DNA of 64,000 bases from Coriobacteriia bacterium (GTDB taxonomy: Bacteria; Actinomycetota; Coriobacteriia; Coriobacteriales; Eggerthellaceae): positions 10,119 to 74,118 of the forward strand of contig JAUNWR010000002.1 in assembly GCA_030540215.1 (NCBI GenBank). The letters run 5' to 3'. The notes under the pieces were generated by a model that was given only the letters and a program-made list of their open reading frames with translations, searched no databases and was not told where the DNA came from. Shown here piece after piece: positions 18,720 through 27,618 of the stretch. The position numbers and the translations under genes were made by a program. Positions within the stretch are counted from its first letter, which is position 1. Each line of letters begins with the position of its first letter.

Positions 18720-20066
18720 ATGGGCGGCACGCAGAAAATCGACCTGTACGAGAATTTCAAGAGCATCAATTCTATCGATGCTGAAAAGTACAAACGCTAC
18801 GATGTGAAGCGCGGCCTGCGCAATGCCGACGGAACCGGCGTGTTGGCGGGTCTGACGGGTATCTCCAACGTACATGGCTACGTCATGTCCGATGGCGAGA
18901 AACGCGCCGACGAAGGCGAGCTGCGCCTGCGCGGGTACGACCTGTACGACCTTCTGGGCGTTGATGCGAAAGATCGTCGATTCAACTACGAAGAGGTCTC
19001 TTACTTGCTGCTGATGGGCGAACTTCCCACGGAGCAGCAGCTTTCCGACTATATCGCCACCATCGACGCGCAGCGCGAACTGCCTGATGGCTTCACCGCG
19101 TCCATGATCATGCGCAACACCCCTCCCGACATCATGAACGTGCTGGCTCGAACCATCCTGCTTTTGTACGCCTACGACGAAAACGCCGAGGATCGATCCG
19201 TCCAGCACGAGATCAGCACCGCCATCTCCCTTATCTCCCGTCTCCCTCGCATCATGGTGCTGACGTACTACGCGATCCGCGCACGTTATAACAACGAGTC
19301 CATGATCATGCATCGTTTCATCCCGGGTCAGTCCACGGCGGAGACCATTCTGTCCATGCTGCGCCCCGATAGGCAGTTCACGGCCGAGGAAGCGCGCATG
19401 CTCGACATCATGCTGTGCCTGCACGCCGAGCACGGCGGCGGCAACAACTCGTCGTTCACCACGCACGTGCTGACGTCCGCCGATACGGACGCGTACTCCA
19501 CGTACGCGGCGGCGATCGGGTCGCTGAAGGGCCGCAAGCACGGCGGCGCGAACCATCAGGTTCTGGCCATGCAGAAGGAGATCAAAGACAACGTCGTCAA
19601 TTGGGAGAATGATGATGAGGTTGCCGCGTATCTCGCCAAGATCGTGAACAAGCAGGCCTACGACAAGAGCGGTCTGGTTTACGGCATGGGCCATGCGGTG
19701 TACACGCTGTCAGACCCCCGCGCCGTCATTTGCAAGCGCTTTGCCGAGAAGCTGGCAATGGGCACGGAATTCGAAGCCGAATTCCGTCTGCTCGAGAAGA
19801 TCGAGCGCCTGGCGCCTGAGGTCATCCTCAACGAGAAGGGCACGAAGAAGGACATGTGCGCGAACGTGGACATGTACTCCGGCTTCGTGTACTCCATGTT
19901 GGGCATCCCGGAGGATCTGTTCACCCCGCTGTTCGCCTGCGCCCGCATGTCTGGTTGGGCTGCGCATCGCTTCGAGGAGATCGTTTCGGGCAAGCGCATC
20001 ATCCGCCCGGCGTACAAGTCGATCTACAGCAAGAAGCGCGCATACATCCCCATGGACGAGCGCTAA
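18720..20066 (+). CDS. gltA: Citrate synthase (citrate/2-methylcitrate synthase family)
   Basis: LHAEHGGGNNS, KHGGAN, YGMGHAVYTLSDPR, ANVDMYSG, IRP motifs. Confidence 0.93.
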   Translation: MGGTQKIDLYENFKSINSIDAEKYKRYDVKRGLRNADGTGVLAGLTGISNVHGYVMSDGEKRADEGELRLRGYDLYDLLGVDAKDRRFNYEEVSYLLLMGELPTEQQLSDYIATIDAQRELPDGFTASMIMRNTPPDIMNVLARTILLLYAYDENAEDRSVQHEISTAISLISRLPRIMVLTYYAIRARYNNESMIMHRFIPGQSTAETILSMLRPDRQFTAEEARMLDIMLCLHAEHGGGNNSSFTTHVLTSADTDAYSTYAAAIGSLKGRKHGGANHQVLAMQKEIKDNVVNWENDDEVAAYLAKIVNKQAYDKSGLVYGMGHAVYTLSDPRAVICKRFAEKLAMGTEFEAEFRLLEKIERLAPEVILNEKGTKKDMCANVDMYSGFVYSMLGIPEDLFTPLFACARMSGWAAHRFEEIVSGKRIIRPAYKSIYSKKRAYIPMDER

Positions 20067-20091
20067 GCGCAACGCAACGCAAAACCCTGTT

Positions 20092-20121
20092 AAAGCGCCC
20101 GGATCACTTCCGGGCGCTTTT
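20092..20121 (+). terminator. Intrinsic terminator after citrate synthase
   Basis: AAAGCGCCCGGA-TCACT-TCCGGGCGCTTT-T. Confidence 0.8.
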
Positions 20122-20422
20122 GCGTTGTTTTAGGACGAGTAAGTAGGCGAAAGGGTTGAAGGTTACATAAAACTGAACCATTCAGCAAAAAGGTGGATGC
20201 AAGGTTTCGAAGAAGGTTGAAGTGTTTTCTTGACCTAAAAGACTGTCCGTTTGGGTTTGCCTGCATCGGTTCCTCGTCGGAACGGTTTCCGCACGCTTCG
20301 CTGAGGTTGTCTGGCGTGACCTCTCAATTTTCGATTCGGTGTGGTTTTGCTTTGCAAATGGCGCGCTGAAACTCGCTTGGCTTCAAAAAAGAAAACGCCC
20401 GGGGACCCGGGCGATAGCATTC

Positions 20423-20510
20423 TGGCGGAGGAAGTAGGATTCGAACCCACGGAACCTTGCGGCTCAACAGTTTTCAAGACTGCCGCCTTCAACCACTCGG
20501 CCATTCCTCC
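20423..20510 (-). tRNA. tRNA-Ser(TGA)
   Basis: GGAGGAATGGCCGAGTGGTTGAAGGCGGCAGTCTTGAAAACTG...GGTTCGAATCCTACTTCCTCCGCCA; long variable arm; encoded CCA. Confidence 0.97.
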
Positions 20511-20544
20511 ATGTAGCTTGCTAGGATACCATATAATGATGCTT

Positions 20545-21048
20545 ATGAATGACGAAGAATACATGCGCATGGCGCTTGAGGAGGCGCAACGTGCGGCGGC
20601 TATGGGAGAGGTCCCCATCGGCGCCGTGGTTGTGTACCACCCTATCGACAAAGCAACGCGTCGACCGCTTGCTGAGCCTCGCGTGATTGCGCGGGCATGC
20701 AACATCCGCGAGACGCAGCAAGATCCCGCAGGGCATGCGGAGTTCGTTGCCATGAAGATGGCGGCGGCCGAACTTGGCGTGTGGAGGCTTACGGGCTGCA
20801 CGGTGTACGTGACGTTGGAGCCGTGCATCATGTGCGCCGGGCTCATGCACCAGGCTCGGGTCGACCGCTGCGTGTTCGGTGCGCCCGACCCGAAAGCGGG
20901 TGCTTTAGGCACGCTGTATTCCATTCACGAGGATAAGCGTCTCAACCATACATTCGATGTAAAGGCCGGCGTGCTGTCCGAGGAATGCGCAGCCATATTG
21001 CGAGAATTCTTCAAGGCACGTCGAAAGAAACGAACGGAGCAGCAGTGA
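20545..21048 (+). CDS. tadA: tRNA adenosine(34) deaminase TadA
   Basis: GEVPIGAV, GHAE, VTLEPCIMC, FFKARR; ATG 7 nt after TATAAT (likely leaderless). Confidence 0.95.
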   Translation: MNDEEYMRMALEEAQRAAAMGEVPIGAVVVYHPIDKATRRPLAEPRVIARACNIRETQQDPAGHAEFVAMKMAAAELGVWRLTGCTVYVTLEPCIMCAGLMHQARVDRCVFGAPDPKAGALGTLYSIHEDKRLNHTFDVKAGVLSEECAAILREFFKARRKKRTEQQ

Positions 21049-22067
21049 TGCAGCAAGACGAAAAACAGAATGTTTCACGTGAAACATTGGAAGGGTCCGT
21101 GGACATGCTCGACATAGCCCGCGTTGCCCAGGACGTGGAAGCTCGCGAGTTTGCCGGCATGGGTTCGCTCAAGTTGGTTGCCCCGGCGAAGGTGAATCTG
21201 TACCTGAACGTCAAGGGCGTACGCGATGATGGATACCACGAGGTGTCCACGACGATGCATGCGCTGATGCTGCATGACGTGCTGCGCATGAAGATCATTC
21301 CGGGCACCGGTGAAGCGGTGAAGCTGACCACGCGCAGCTTCGAGGGGCTGGCTCCCCTGGATGTCGATCCGCAGGACAACATCGTGGTGAAGGCCATCTT
21401 GAAGTTGGCGGAGGCATTTGGCCGCACGCTGGGCGAAGAGGAAACGATGCGCGTGCATCTAGAGAAGCGCATCCCCGTTCAGGCGGGCTTGGGCGGCGGT
21501 TCGTCGGATGCGGCAGCAGCGCTGTTGGGCTCGGCGGTTCTGTGGGGCGAAAGCGTTTTGGATCCGCGAATCAAAGAGGTTGCCGCTCAGCTGGGCGCCG
21601 ACGTGGTCTTCTTCTTGCAGGGCGGTTGCGCGCTTTACGACGGCATCGGCGAGAATCTGGTTCGCACGCTCAAGCCGATGAACGACTTCCTGGTGCTGGT
21701 GAAGCCCGAAGGCGGCGTTTCCACCGCCGAGTCGTACAAGAAGATCGACGAAGACCCCCAGCCTATTTCTGCCGAGGATGCGCAAGCGGCGGAATCGGCG
21801 GAGTACGCTATGAGCGTTCCGCTGCTGAACAACATGGCGAAGGCCAGCGAGCAGCTGAATCCGGGGATCCGCACCGTGCGCGAATGGCTGCAGGAGCAGC
21901 CGGGCGTATGCAATGCCATGATGTCCGGCAGCGGCGCCGCGGTGTTCGCGGTATGCGATTCCTTCGCATCGGCGGCAAAGGTGGCAACCGACGCGCAGGC
22001 GAAGGGCTGGTGGGCCCGCACTACCACGTTCGGTCCCTTCAAGGCGACGCTTACCACGAATTGCTAG
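21048..22067 (+). CDS. ispE: 4-diphosphocytidyl-2-C-methyl-D-erythritol kinase
   Basis: APAKVNLYL, KRIPVQAGLGGGSSDAAA, LGADVVFF, MSGSG. ATG overlaps the tadA stop (alternative ATG 21105). Confidence 0.93.
   Translation: MQQDEKQNVSRETLEGSVDMLDIARVAQDVEAREFAGMGSLKLVAPAKVNLYLNVKGVRDDGYHEVSTTMHALMLHDVLRMKIIPGTGEAVKLTTRSFEGLAPLDVDPQDNIVVKAILKLAEAFGRTLGEEETMRVHLEKRIPVQAGLGGGSSDAAAALLGSAVLWGESVLDPRIKEVAAQLGADVVFFLQGGCALYDGIGENLVRTLKPMNDFLVLVKPEGGVSTAESYKKIDEDPQPISAEDAQAAESAEYAMSVPLLNNMAKASEQLNPGIRTVREWLQEQPGVCNAMMSGSGAAVFAVCDSFASAAKVATDAQAKGWWARTTTFGPFKATLTTNC
21071..21086. other. parS site in ispE N-terminal extension
   Basis: Perfect 16-mer. Confidence 0.92.
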
Positions 22068-22243
22068 ACAAACCCCGCAGGGCGAAGGATTCCAGCATGG
22101 CGATGTCGTTTATGCTGTATCCAGGGTCGGAGCACCCCGTTTTGGAAGGGCGCCTTGACCTTATTAGGGTTCGGACTGCGATTTGCAGAGAACTGCGATC
22201 TTCAAGGTCGCGTAATGCAGGAAACCGGTAGAAGGAGGAAGCC

Positions 22244-22795
22244 ATGACAGCGGTAATCATCCTTGTCGCGATAGCGGTAGTGCTCATCGTGTTCATCATC
22301 GCGCTCTATAACAATCTGGTGAAGCTTCGCAACATGGTGGACAACGCCTGGGCGCAGATCGATGTGCAGCTTCAGAGGCGTTTGGACCTTATCCCGAACG
22401 TGGTGGAAACCGTGAAGGGTTACGCGCAGCACGAGAGCGCTACGCTGGATGCGGTGACGCAGGCTCGCGCGGCAGTGGCGAACGCAAACACTCCCGAGGG
22501 CCGTATGGGGGCAAACAACCACCTTACCGAGACCCTCAAAAGCTTGTTCGCGGTGGCCGAAGCGTATCCTGACTTGAAGGCGAATGCCAACTTCCAGCAA
22601 TTGCAAGCTGAGCTGTCTAACACCGAGGATAAGATCAGCTACATGCGTCAGAGCTTCAACGATACGGTGATGAAGTACAACACCGCCATCCAGACGTTCC
22701 CGGCCGTGCTTTTCGCAGGCATGATGGGATTCAAGGAGCGTCCGAGCTTTGCCGCCGAGGAGGGCGCCTCTACCGCACCGAAGGTGACGTTCTAG
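22244..22795 (+). CDS. lemA: LemA family protein
   Basis: N-terminal [38 protein letters not shown]; SD AGGAGG. Confidence 0.95.
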   Translation: MTAVIILVAIAVVLIVFIIALYNNLVKLRNMVDNAWAQIDVQLQRRLDLIPNVVETVKGYAQHESATLDAVTQARAAVANANTPEGRMGANNHLTETLKSLFAVAEAYPDLKANANFQQLQAELSNTEDKISYMRQSFNDTVMKYNTAIQTFPAVLFAGMMGFKERPSFAAEEGASTAPKVTF

Positions 22796-22796
22796 C

Positions 22797-23162
22797 ATGG
22801 TTGCAAGGCTGACGCGCATCATACCGTTGCTGCTATTGCTGGCTTTCGTAGCTGGCGTGGTGTACGTGGTGGCGGCGTGGCGCTATTCGCCCGCGCGGGC
22901 GAAGGAGATCCTTATCAAGGCCTTCACCGTTCTGAATGTGGCGCTGGCCGCATTCTTCGGCCTGGCAAGCTTGTATGCGCTGTCGGAGCGCAACGGCGAT
23001 GTGCTGGATTTAACGCTTTCGTTCATGGTTACGGCGTTGGTGGCGCTGGGAATCACGCGGATATGCCGAGCCGTGTTCCTGAAGCACAACCCCTCGTATC
23101 GGATGAAGCCGATGAAGGCGAAGCGTTTGCGTCGCTGGCCTTGGCCTTGGGGAAGAAGATAG
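22797..23162 (+). CDS. Hypothetical small membrane protein (3 TM)
   Basis: Abuts lemA; three hydrophobic segments; followed by a terminator. Confidence 0.8.
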   Translation: MVARLTRIIPLLLLLAFVAGVVYVVAAWRYSPARAKEILIKAFTVLNVALAAFFGLASLYALSERNGDVLDLTLSFMVTALVALGITRICRAVFLKHNPSYRMKPMKAKRLRRWPWPWGRR

Positions 23163-23168
23163 ATCGAG

Positions 23169-23196
23169 AAGGCGCCCGATTTCGGGCGCCTTTTTA
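23169..23196 (+). terminator. Intrinsic terminator of lemA operon
   Basis: AAGGCGCCCGA-TT-TCGGGCGCCTT-TTTT. Confidence 0.8.
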
Positions 23197-23507
23197 GTGC
23201 GGGAAGGCCTTGGGAAGACGTTCCTCGAAAGAGTGCGATAGCATCTCTCGAAGGGCATGCCGTTGAGGTGGTTTCTTGCGTAAGGTGCCCCTGCAGGCAT
23301 TCTCGTCTGAATTCCCTGCATTGTCCACGACCGCCTGCGAAGTTTAGAAAATCGTGACAAGGGGCTGGTTGTAGGCTTGTAGAAGATGGCATCGATACAG
23401 GTGATGCTGGGGTACAAAAAACGAACCCCACCAGGACGGTCCTGATGGGGAGGGCGTTGGACTGAAAGTATGAAAAAGCCCCCGCATTTGCGAGGGCTGA
23501 AAAGTCG

Positions 23508-23598
23508 TGGCGGAGAAGTAGGGATTCGAACCCTAGATGCCCTTGTGGGGCATACTCACTTAGCAGGCGAGCACCTTCGGCCTCTCGGTCACTTCTCC
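23508..23598 (-). tRNA. tRNA-Ser(GCT)
   Basis: GGAGAAGTGACCGAGAGGCCGAAGGTGCTCGCCTGCTAAGTGAG...GGTTCGAATCCCTACTTCTCCGCCA; terminator downstream at ~23473-23498. Confidence 0.97.
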
Positions 23599-23663
23599 AC
23601 GCTATAATAGGTGCGGATAGATATAATACCTTGACTGTCGGAAACTTGCAAGGAGCATTCTCG

Positions 23664-25667
23664 ATGCAATACACAAGGACACCTCATTTCCCGGGCAGCC
23701 AGCGGGAGGGTGCGCGTTGCCGCGTCGCATGGCTGGTTGCGGCCGCTTTAGTGGTCGTTGCTTGCGCTTGCGCGCTGGCAGCTTTGCCGGGCAAGGCCTA
23801 CGCGAAGTCGTACACCATGCCGCAAGTGGATATCCAAGCGCAGCTGGAAACCGACGGAACGCTTCACGTGGTTGAGCAGCGTACGTTTGATTTCGACGGT
23901 TCGTTCTCAGCCGTTTGGTGGACGTTGAATCTGCTGCCCACGAATGCGGAGTTCACCGTGAACGGCGTTCGCATGATGAGCGTTGACGGGTCCAACGACG
24001 CCGAAGGGTCCATGTCGGCGATGCCCGAGGTGCCTTTCGAGCTGAAGTGGCGCGAGGAAGGCGGCCCCGGGAAAGACTCGTATTCCGTTGATAGCCCGAA
24101 AAACACCGTGTACGTATTCTTCGGATCCCAGCCCCAGCGTGTGGTCGTGGAGCTCGACTACACCATCACCAACATGGCGCAGGTCTACGATGACGTCTCC
24201 GAGGTGTATTGGCAGTATCTAGGCTCCGCCTGGGCGGTTGCTTCCGAGAACGTGACGGCTACGCTTCAGCTTCCCCTTCCCCAGGGCGTTACGGTCGATC
24301 CCGGCGAGAATGTGCGTGCGTGGGGTCATGGCCCGCTGAGCGGCAACGTTTCCGTTAACGCCGACGGGTCCGTCACGTGCACGGTTCCCCGCGTGGAATC
24401 CGGTGAATATGCCGAGATGCGGGTGTGCATCCCCTCCAAGTGGTTGACGAACGTGTCGCTGAGCACGCAGCGCTTGCATGCCGGCGAGCAGCGCCTGGAC
24501 ACGGTCCTGAAGGAGGAGAAGGCCTGGGCGGATACGGCGAACAGCAAGCGCATGATGTCGCTGGCGTTCTCCGTGGCATGCGTGGCCGTATGCGTTGCGG
24601 TCTTGATTTGGGCCATCGTCATGTTCTTCCGTCACGGCAAAGAGCACAAGCCGGACTTCACGGAGCAGTATTGGCGCGACGTGCCGCGTCAGGGCGTGCA
24701 TCCGGCTGTAATCGGCCGCCTGTGGCGTTGGAACAGGGAAAGCACCGATGACCTTACGGCAACGATTATGCACCTGGCGCAGACGGGCGCCGTGCGCATC
24801 GATTCCGGTTCGTATATGGCGCCGAAGAAGCATGGCGGCATGAAGACCGTGAACGACTTCTATATCACGAAGCTGGTGGAAGCCGATGCCGTGAGCGACC
24901 CGATCGACAAGGCAACGTTCACGCTCTTGTTCGACAGGGTGGCGGCAGGCCAGAACTCGCTGTGGTTCGGCAGCATCAAGAAGTATGGCGAAGACCATTC
25001 GGAGCAGCTGGTAAACGCGGTGAAGAATTGGCAAGGTGTGCTGACCGCGGAGACGGATAAGCACGGCTTCTTCGAGGAGAAGGGCAATAACCTGCGCGGT
25101 TGGACGTGGACGATCGCCGTTGCGTTGTTCGTTATCGCCATGGTGATTTGGTTCATGTCCGACAACATGATGCCGATGATGTGCGCCGTCCCGACCGCTG
25201 CGGCCTTGGCGTTCATCGGCAACAACATGACGCGACGCAGTATCGACGGCAACAACCTGGTTGCGCACTGCAAGGCGTTGCGTAATTGGCTGCGCGACTT
25301 CAGCTCGCTTGAGGAGCGCCCGCCCACCGACGTGAAGGTGTGGGGCGAGTTCATGGTATACGCGTACCTGTTCGGCGTTGCGAAGCAGGCTATCGAGCAG
25401 CTTCGCAAGACGCAGCCCCAGCTGTTCACGGTCGATCAGGCGTACGGAGACACCTACGTGCCCTGGTGGGGTTGGTACACCTCCTACGAGAGCGGCGCGA
25501 ACGCTGGGATGCCTGATGCGGGAAGCTTCCTTTCCTCGTCGTTCAACCAAGCTGTGAAGACCGCTAACGAGGCGATTCAAGCCGAATCGAGCGGCAGCGG
25601 AAGCGGCGGCGGATTCTCCAGCGGCGGTGGCGGCGGCTTCGGCGGCGGTGGCGGCGGAGCTCGCTAG
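23664..25667 (+). CDS. DUF2207 family membrane protein
   Basis: Signal-like N-terminus, SEVYWQYLG, RAWGHGPL, WGEFMVYAYLFGVA, Gly/Ser C-terminal tail GGGFSSGGGGGFGGGGGGAR; SD AGGAG. Confidence 0.9.
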   Translation: MQYTRTPHFPGSQREGARCRVAWLVAAALVVVACACALAALPGKAYAKSYTMPQVDIQAQLETDGTLHVVEQRTFDFDGSFSAVWWTLNLLPTNAEFTVNGVRMMSVDGSNDAEGSMSAMPEVPFELKWREEGGPGKDSYSVDSPKNTVYVFFGSQPQRVVVELDYTITNMAQVYDDVSEVYWQYLGSAWAVASENVTATLQLPLPQGVTVDPGENVRAWGHGPLSGNVSVNADGSVTCTVPRVESGEYAEMRVCIPSKWLTNVSLSTQRLHAGEQRLDTVLKEEKAWADTANSKRMMSLAFSVACVAVCVAVLIWAIVMFFRHGKEHKPDFTEQYWRDVPRQGVHPAVIGRLWRWNRESTDDLTATIMHLAQTGAVRIDSGSYMAPKKHGGMKTVNDFYITKLVEADAVSDPIDKATFTLLFDRVAAGQNSLWFGSIKKYGEDHSEQLVNAVKNWQGVLTAETDKHGFFEEKGNNLRGWTWTIAVALFVIAMVIWFMSDNMMPMMCAVPTAAALAFIGNNMTRRSIDGNNLVAHCKALRNWLRDFSSLEERPPTDVKVWGEFMVYAYLFGVAKQAIEQLRKTQPQLFTVDQAYGDTYVPWWGWYTSYESGANAGMPDAGSFLSSSFNQAVKTANEAIQAESSGSGSGGGFSSGGGGGFGGGGGGAR

Positions 25668-25948
25668 TCGCTAAGAAGGAAGCTGCGGATGTGGTGATCT
25701 TGGCGAAGGCCAAGCCTGCAATAGGCAGGTTCGCGATTTACGCACACCCCGCTGGCTTGCCGCTTGGTTCTCGCGGTATGCTTTCAGCTTGCTTGACGCT
25801 GTTCGTCTGCTAAGATAGCGGGCGCATCGTCTAGCGGCGAATCTTGATGAAAGTGAAACGCCGATCTGCGCCGCTTTGTGCGGCTGCAGATTGGCGTTTC
25901 TTTATGCCCCTGGTAGCGGGGTGCGATAGAAGGCAAAGGGATGGCTGT

Positions 25949-26860
25949 ATGAAGAAGGAATTGCCCGCTTGGGCGTATAAGGTTGCCATTGTGGTGGCAA
26001 CCATCATCTGGGGCTATAGCTTCGTGTCCATGAAGGGCGTTGTGGCGGTTCTTCCGCCAGCGTGGCTGCTGGGGTTTCGCTTCTTGTTCGCAGGCATCGT
26101 GCTCACTGCTATCCTGTGGAAGCGTGTTCGCAAGGCGTTCAGCGGCAAGATGGTGCTTGCCGGCACGGTGCTTGGCCTTGCCGACTTCTTGGCGTTCTGG
26201 ACGCAAACCGTTGGCTTGGAGCATACGACACCAGGTATCAACGCGTTTCTGACGGCGACGTATTGCGTGATCGTCCCCTTCTTGTGGTGGATCGTCGCCC
26301 ACAGGCGCCCAACGGTGTTCAATATCGGAGCCGCCGTGCTTGCTCTGGTGGGTATTTGGCTTGTGTCGGTCCAGTCGGGTGGCATGACCATGGGCTTCGG
26401 CGAGGTCATGACGCTGCTGTGCGCGGTCTTGTTCGCCGTGCATATGGTGCTGGTTTCGAAGCTCTCCCGCTTCCATGACGTGCTTGCCCTGACGGCCGTG
26501 CAGTTCGTCGCCGAGGGTTGCATGGGCTTGCTGTCGGGAGCGGCTTTTGAGACGTTCCCGGGGTTCGCGGTGTTCACGCCGGATATCATCGGCCAGCTGC
26601 TGTTCCTGGCTATCTTCGCTTCCATCGTGGCGTTCGGCATCCAGAACGTGGCGTTGGCGCACATTCCTCCCGCGCAAGCGTCGTTGTTCCTGAGCCTAGA
26701 ATCGGTGTTCGGCGTGTTGTTCAGCGTGCTGCTGTACGGCGAGCAGCTGAGCCTGCGTTTGCTGGTGGGCTTCTCCTTGATCTTCGTGGCCATCATCATC
26801 AGCGAGACGTTTCCGTTGAAGCGCAAACAGCCTGATGATGCCGTTGGGGAGGCGATATAA
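25949..26860 (+). CDS. DMT/EamA family transporter
   Basis: IIWGYSF, RFLFA, QTVGL, LESVFG; about 10 TM segments. Confidence 0.9.
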   Translation: MKKELPAWAYKVAIVVATIIWGYSFVSMKGVVAVLPPAWLLGFRFLFAGIVLTAILWKRVRKAFSGKMVLAGTVLGLADFLAFWTQTVGLEHTTPGINAFLTATYCVIVPFLWWIVAHRRPTVFNIGAAVLALVGIWLVSVQSGGMTMGFGEVMTLLCAVLFAVHMVLVSKLSRFHDVLALTAVQFVAEGCMGLLSGAAFETFPGFAVFTPDIIGQLLFLAIFASIVAFGIQNVALAHIPPAQASLFLSLESVFGVLFSVLLYGEQLSLRLLVGFSLIFVAIIISETFPLKRKQPDDAVGEAI

Positions 26861-26942
26861 GAACAGCTTGTTACCGTTGTCCTTGCGCATGAGCAGGCAT
26901 GATACAATTCGAACGTACATGACCGATCAAGGAGGGCTTACC

Positions 26943-27467
26943 ATGGCGGAGAAGAACAACGTTGTTCTTATCGGCATGCCCGGCTCGGGTAAATCCACGC
27001 TGGGCATCGTGTTGGCGAAAATCATGACGAAGGACTTCATCGACGCCGACATCGTCATCCAGAACCAGTGCGACAAGACGCTGCAGAAGATCATCGATGC
27101 ATGTGGTCCTGAGGGTTTCATCGAGGTCGAGAACGAGATTCTCAGCAAGATCGATGCGGAGAACAGCGTTATCGCCACGGGTGGTTCCGCCGTGTACTCC
27201 GATGAAGCTATGAAGCATCTGGCGGAGATCGGCACGGTTGTGTATCTCAAGATCTCCTATGACCAGCTGGTTCATCGTCTGAGCGACCTGCAGGAGCGCG
27301 GCGTTGTTCTGAAGGGTGGCATTGGCATGAGCCTGAAGGAGCTCTATGACGAGCGTCTGCCGCTGTACGAGCAGTACGCCGGTATCACGGTGGACGTGAA
27401 CGACCTGTCCATCACCGCTGCGGCTCGCAAGGTTGCAGATGCGCTTGCACATGAAGGCGTGAAGTGA
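26943..27467 (+). CDS. aroK: Shikimate kinase
   Basis: LIGMPGSGKST, DAD, IATGGS, ERLPLYE; SD AGGAGG. Confidence 0.92.
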   Translation: MAEKNNVVLIGMPGSGKSTLGIVLAKIMTKDFIDADIVIQNQCDKTLQKIIDACGPEGFIEVENEILSKIDAENSVIATGGSAVYSDEAMKHLAEIGTVVYLKISYDQLVHRLSDLQERGVVLKGGIGMSLKELYDERLPLYEQYAGITVDVNDLSITAAARKVADALAHEGVK

Positions 27468-27483
27468 TGTTTCACGTGAAACA
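27468..27483. other. parS site immediately after the aroK stop
   Basis: Perfect 16-mer. Confidence 0.92.
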
Positions 27484-27492
27484 TTAGATGCT

Positions 27493-27520
27493 GAAAGGCC
27501 ACCGAAAGGTGGCCTTTCTT
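27493..27520 (+). terminator. Terminator after aroK
   Basis: GAAAGGCCACC-GAAA-GGTGGCCTTTC-TT. Confidence 0.8.
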
Positions 27521-27565
27521 GTGCGGGTAGATGATTAGCCGTAAGCACTCTTCAGAAACAAATAA

Positions 27566-27597
27566 GGCCCCGATGTTTCACGTGAAACATCGGGGCC
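27566..27597 (-). terminator. parS (27574-27589) forming the core of a 32-bp palindrome, likely terminator of the symporter gene
   Basis: GGCCCCGA-TGTTTCACGTGAAACA-TCGGGGCC; followed on the minus strand by TTATTTGTTT. Confidence 0.8.
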
Positions 27598-27618
27598 AGC
27601 ATGAGGGGCAGGCAGTTG

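Noticed and set aside
20122-23507. tRNA-Ser 3' ends as integration sites for an island
   Set aside because: No integrase, no duplicated tRNA 3' end seen, and the flanking genes are housekeeping.
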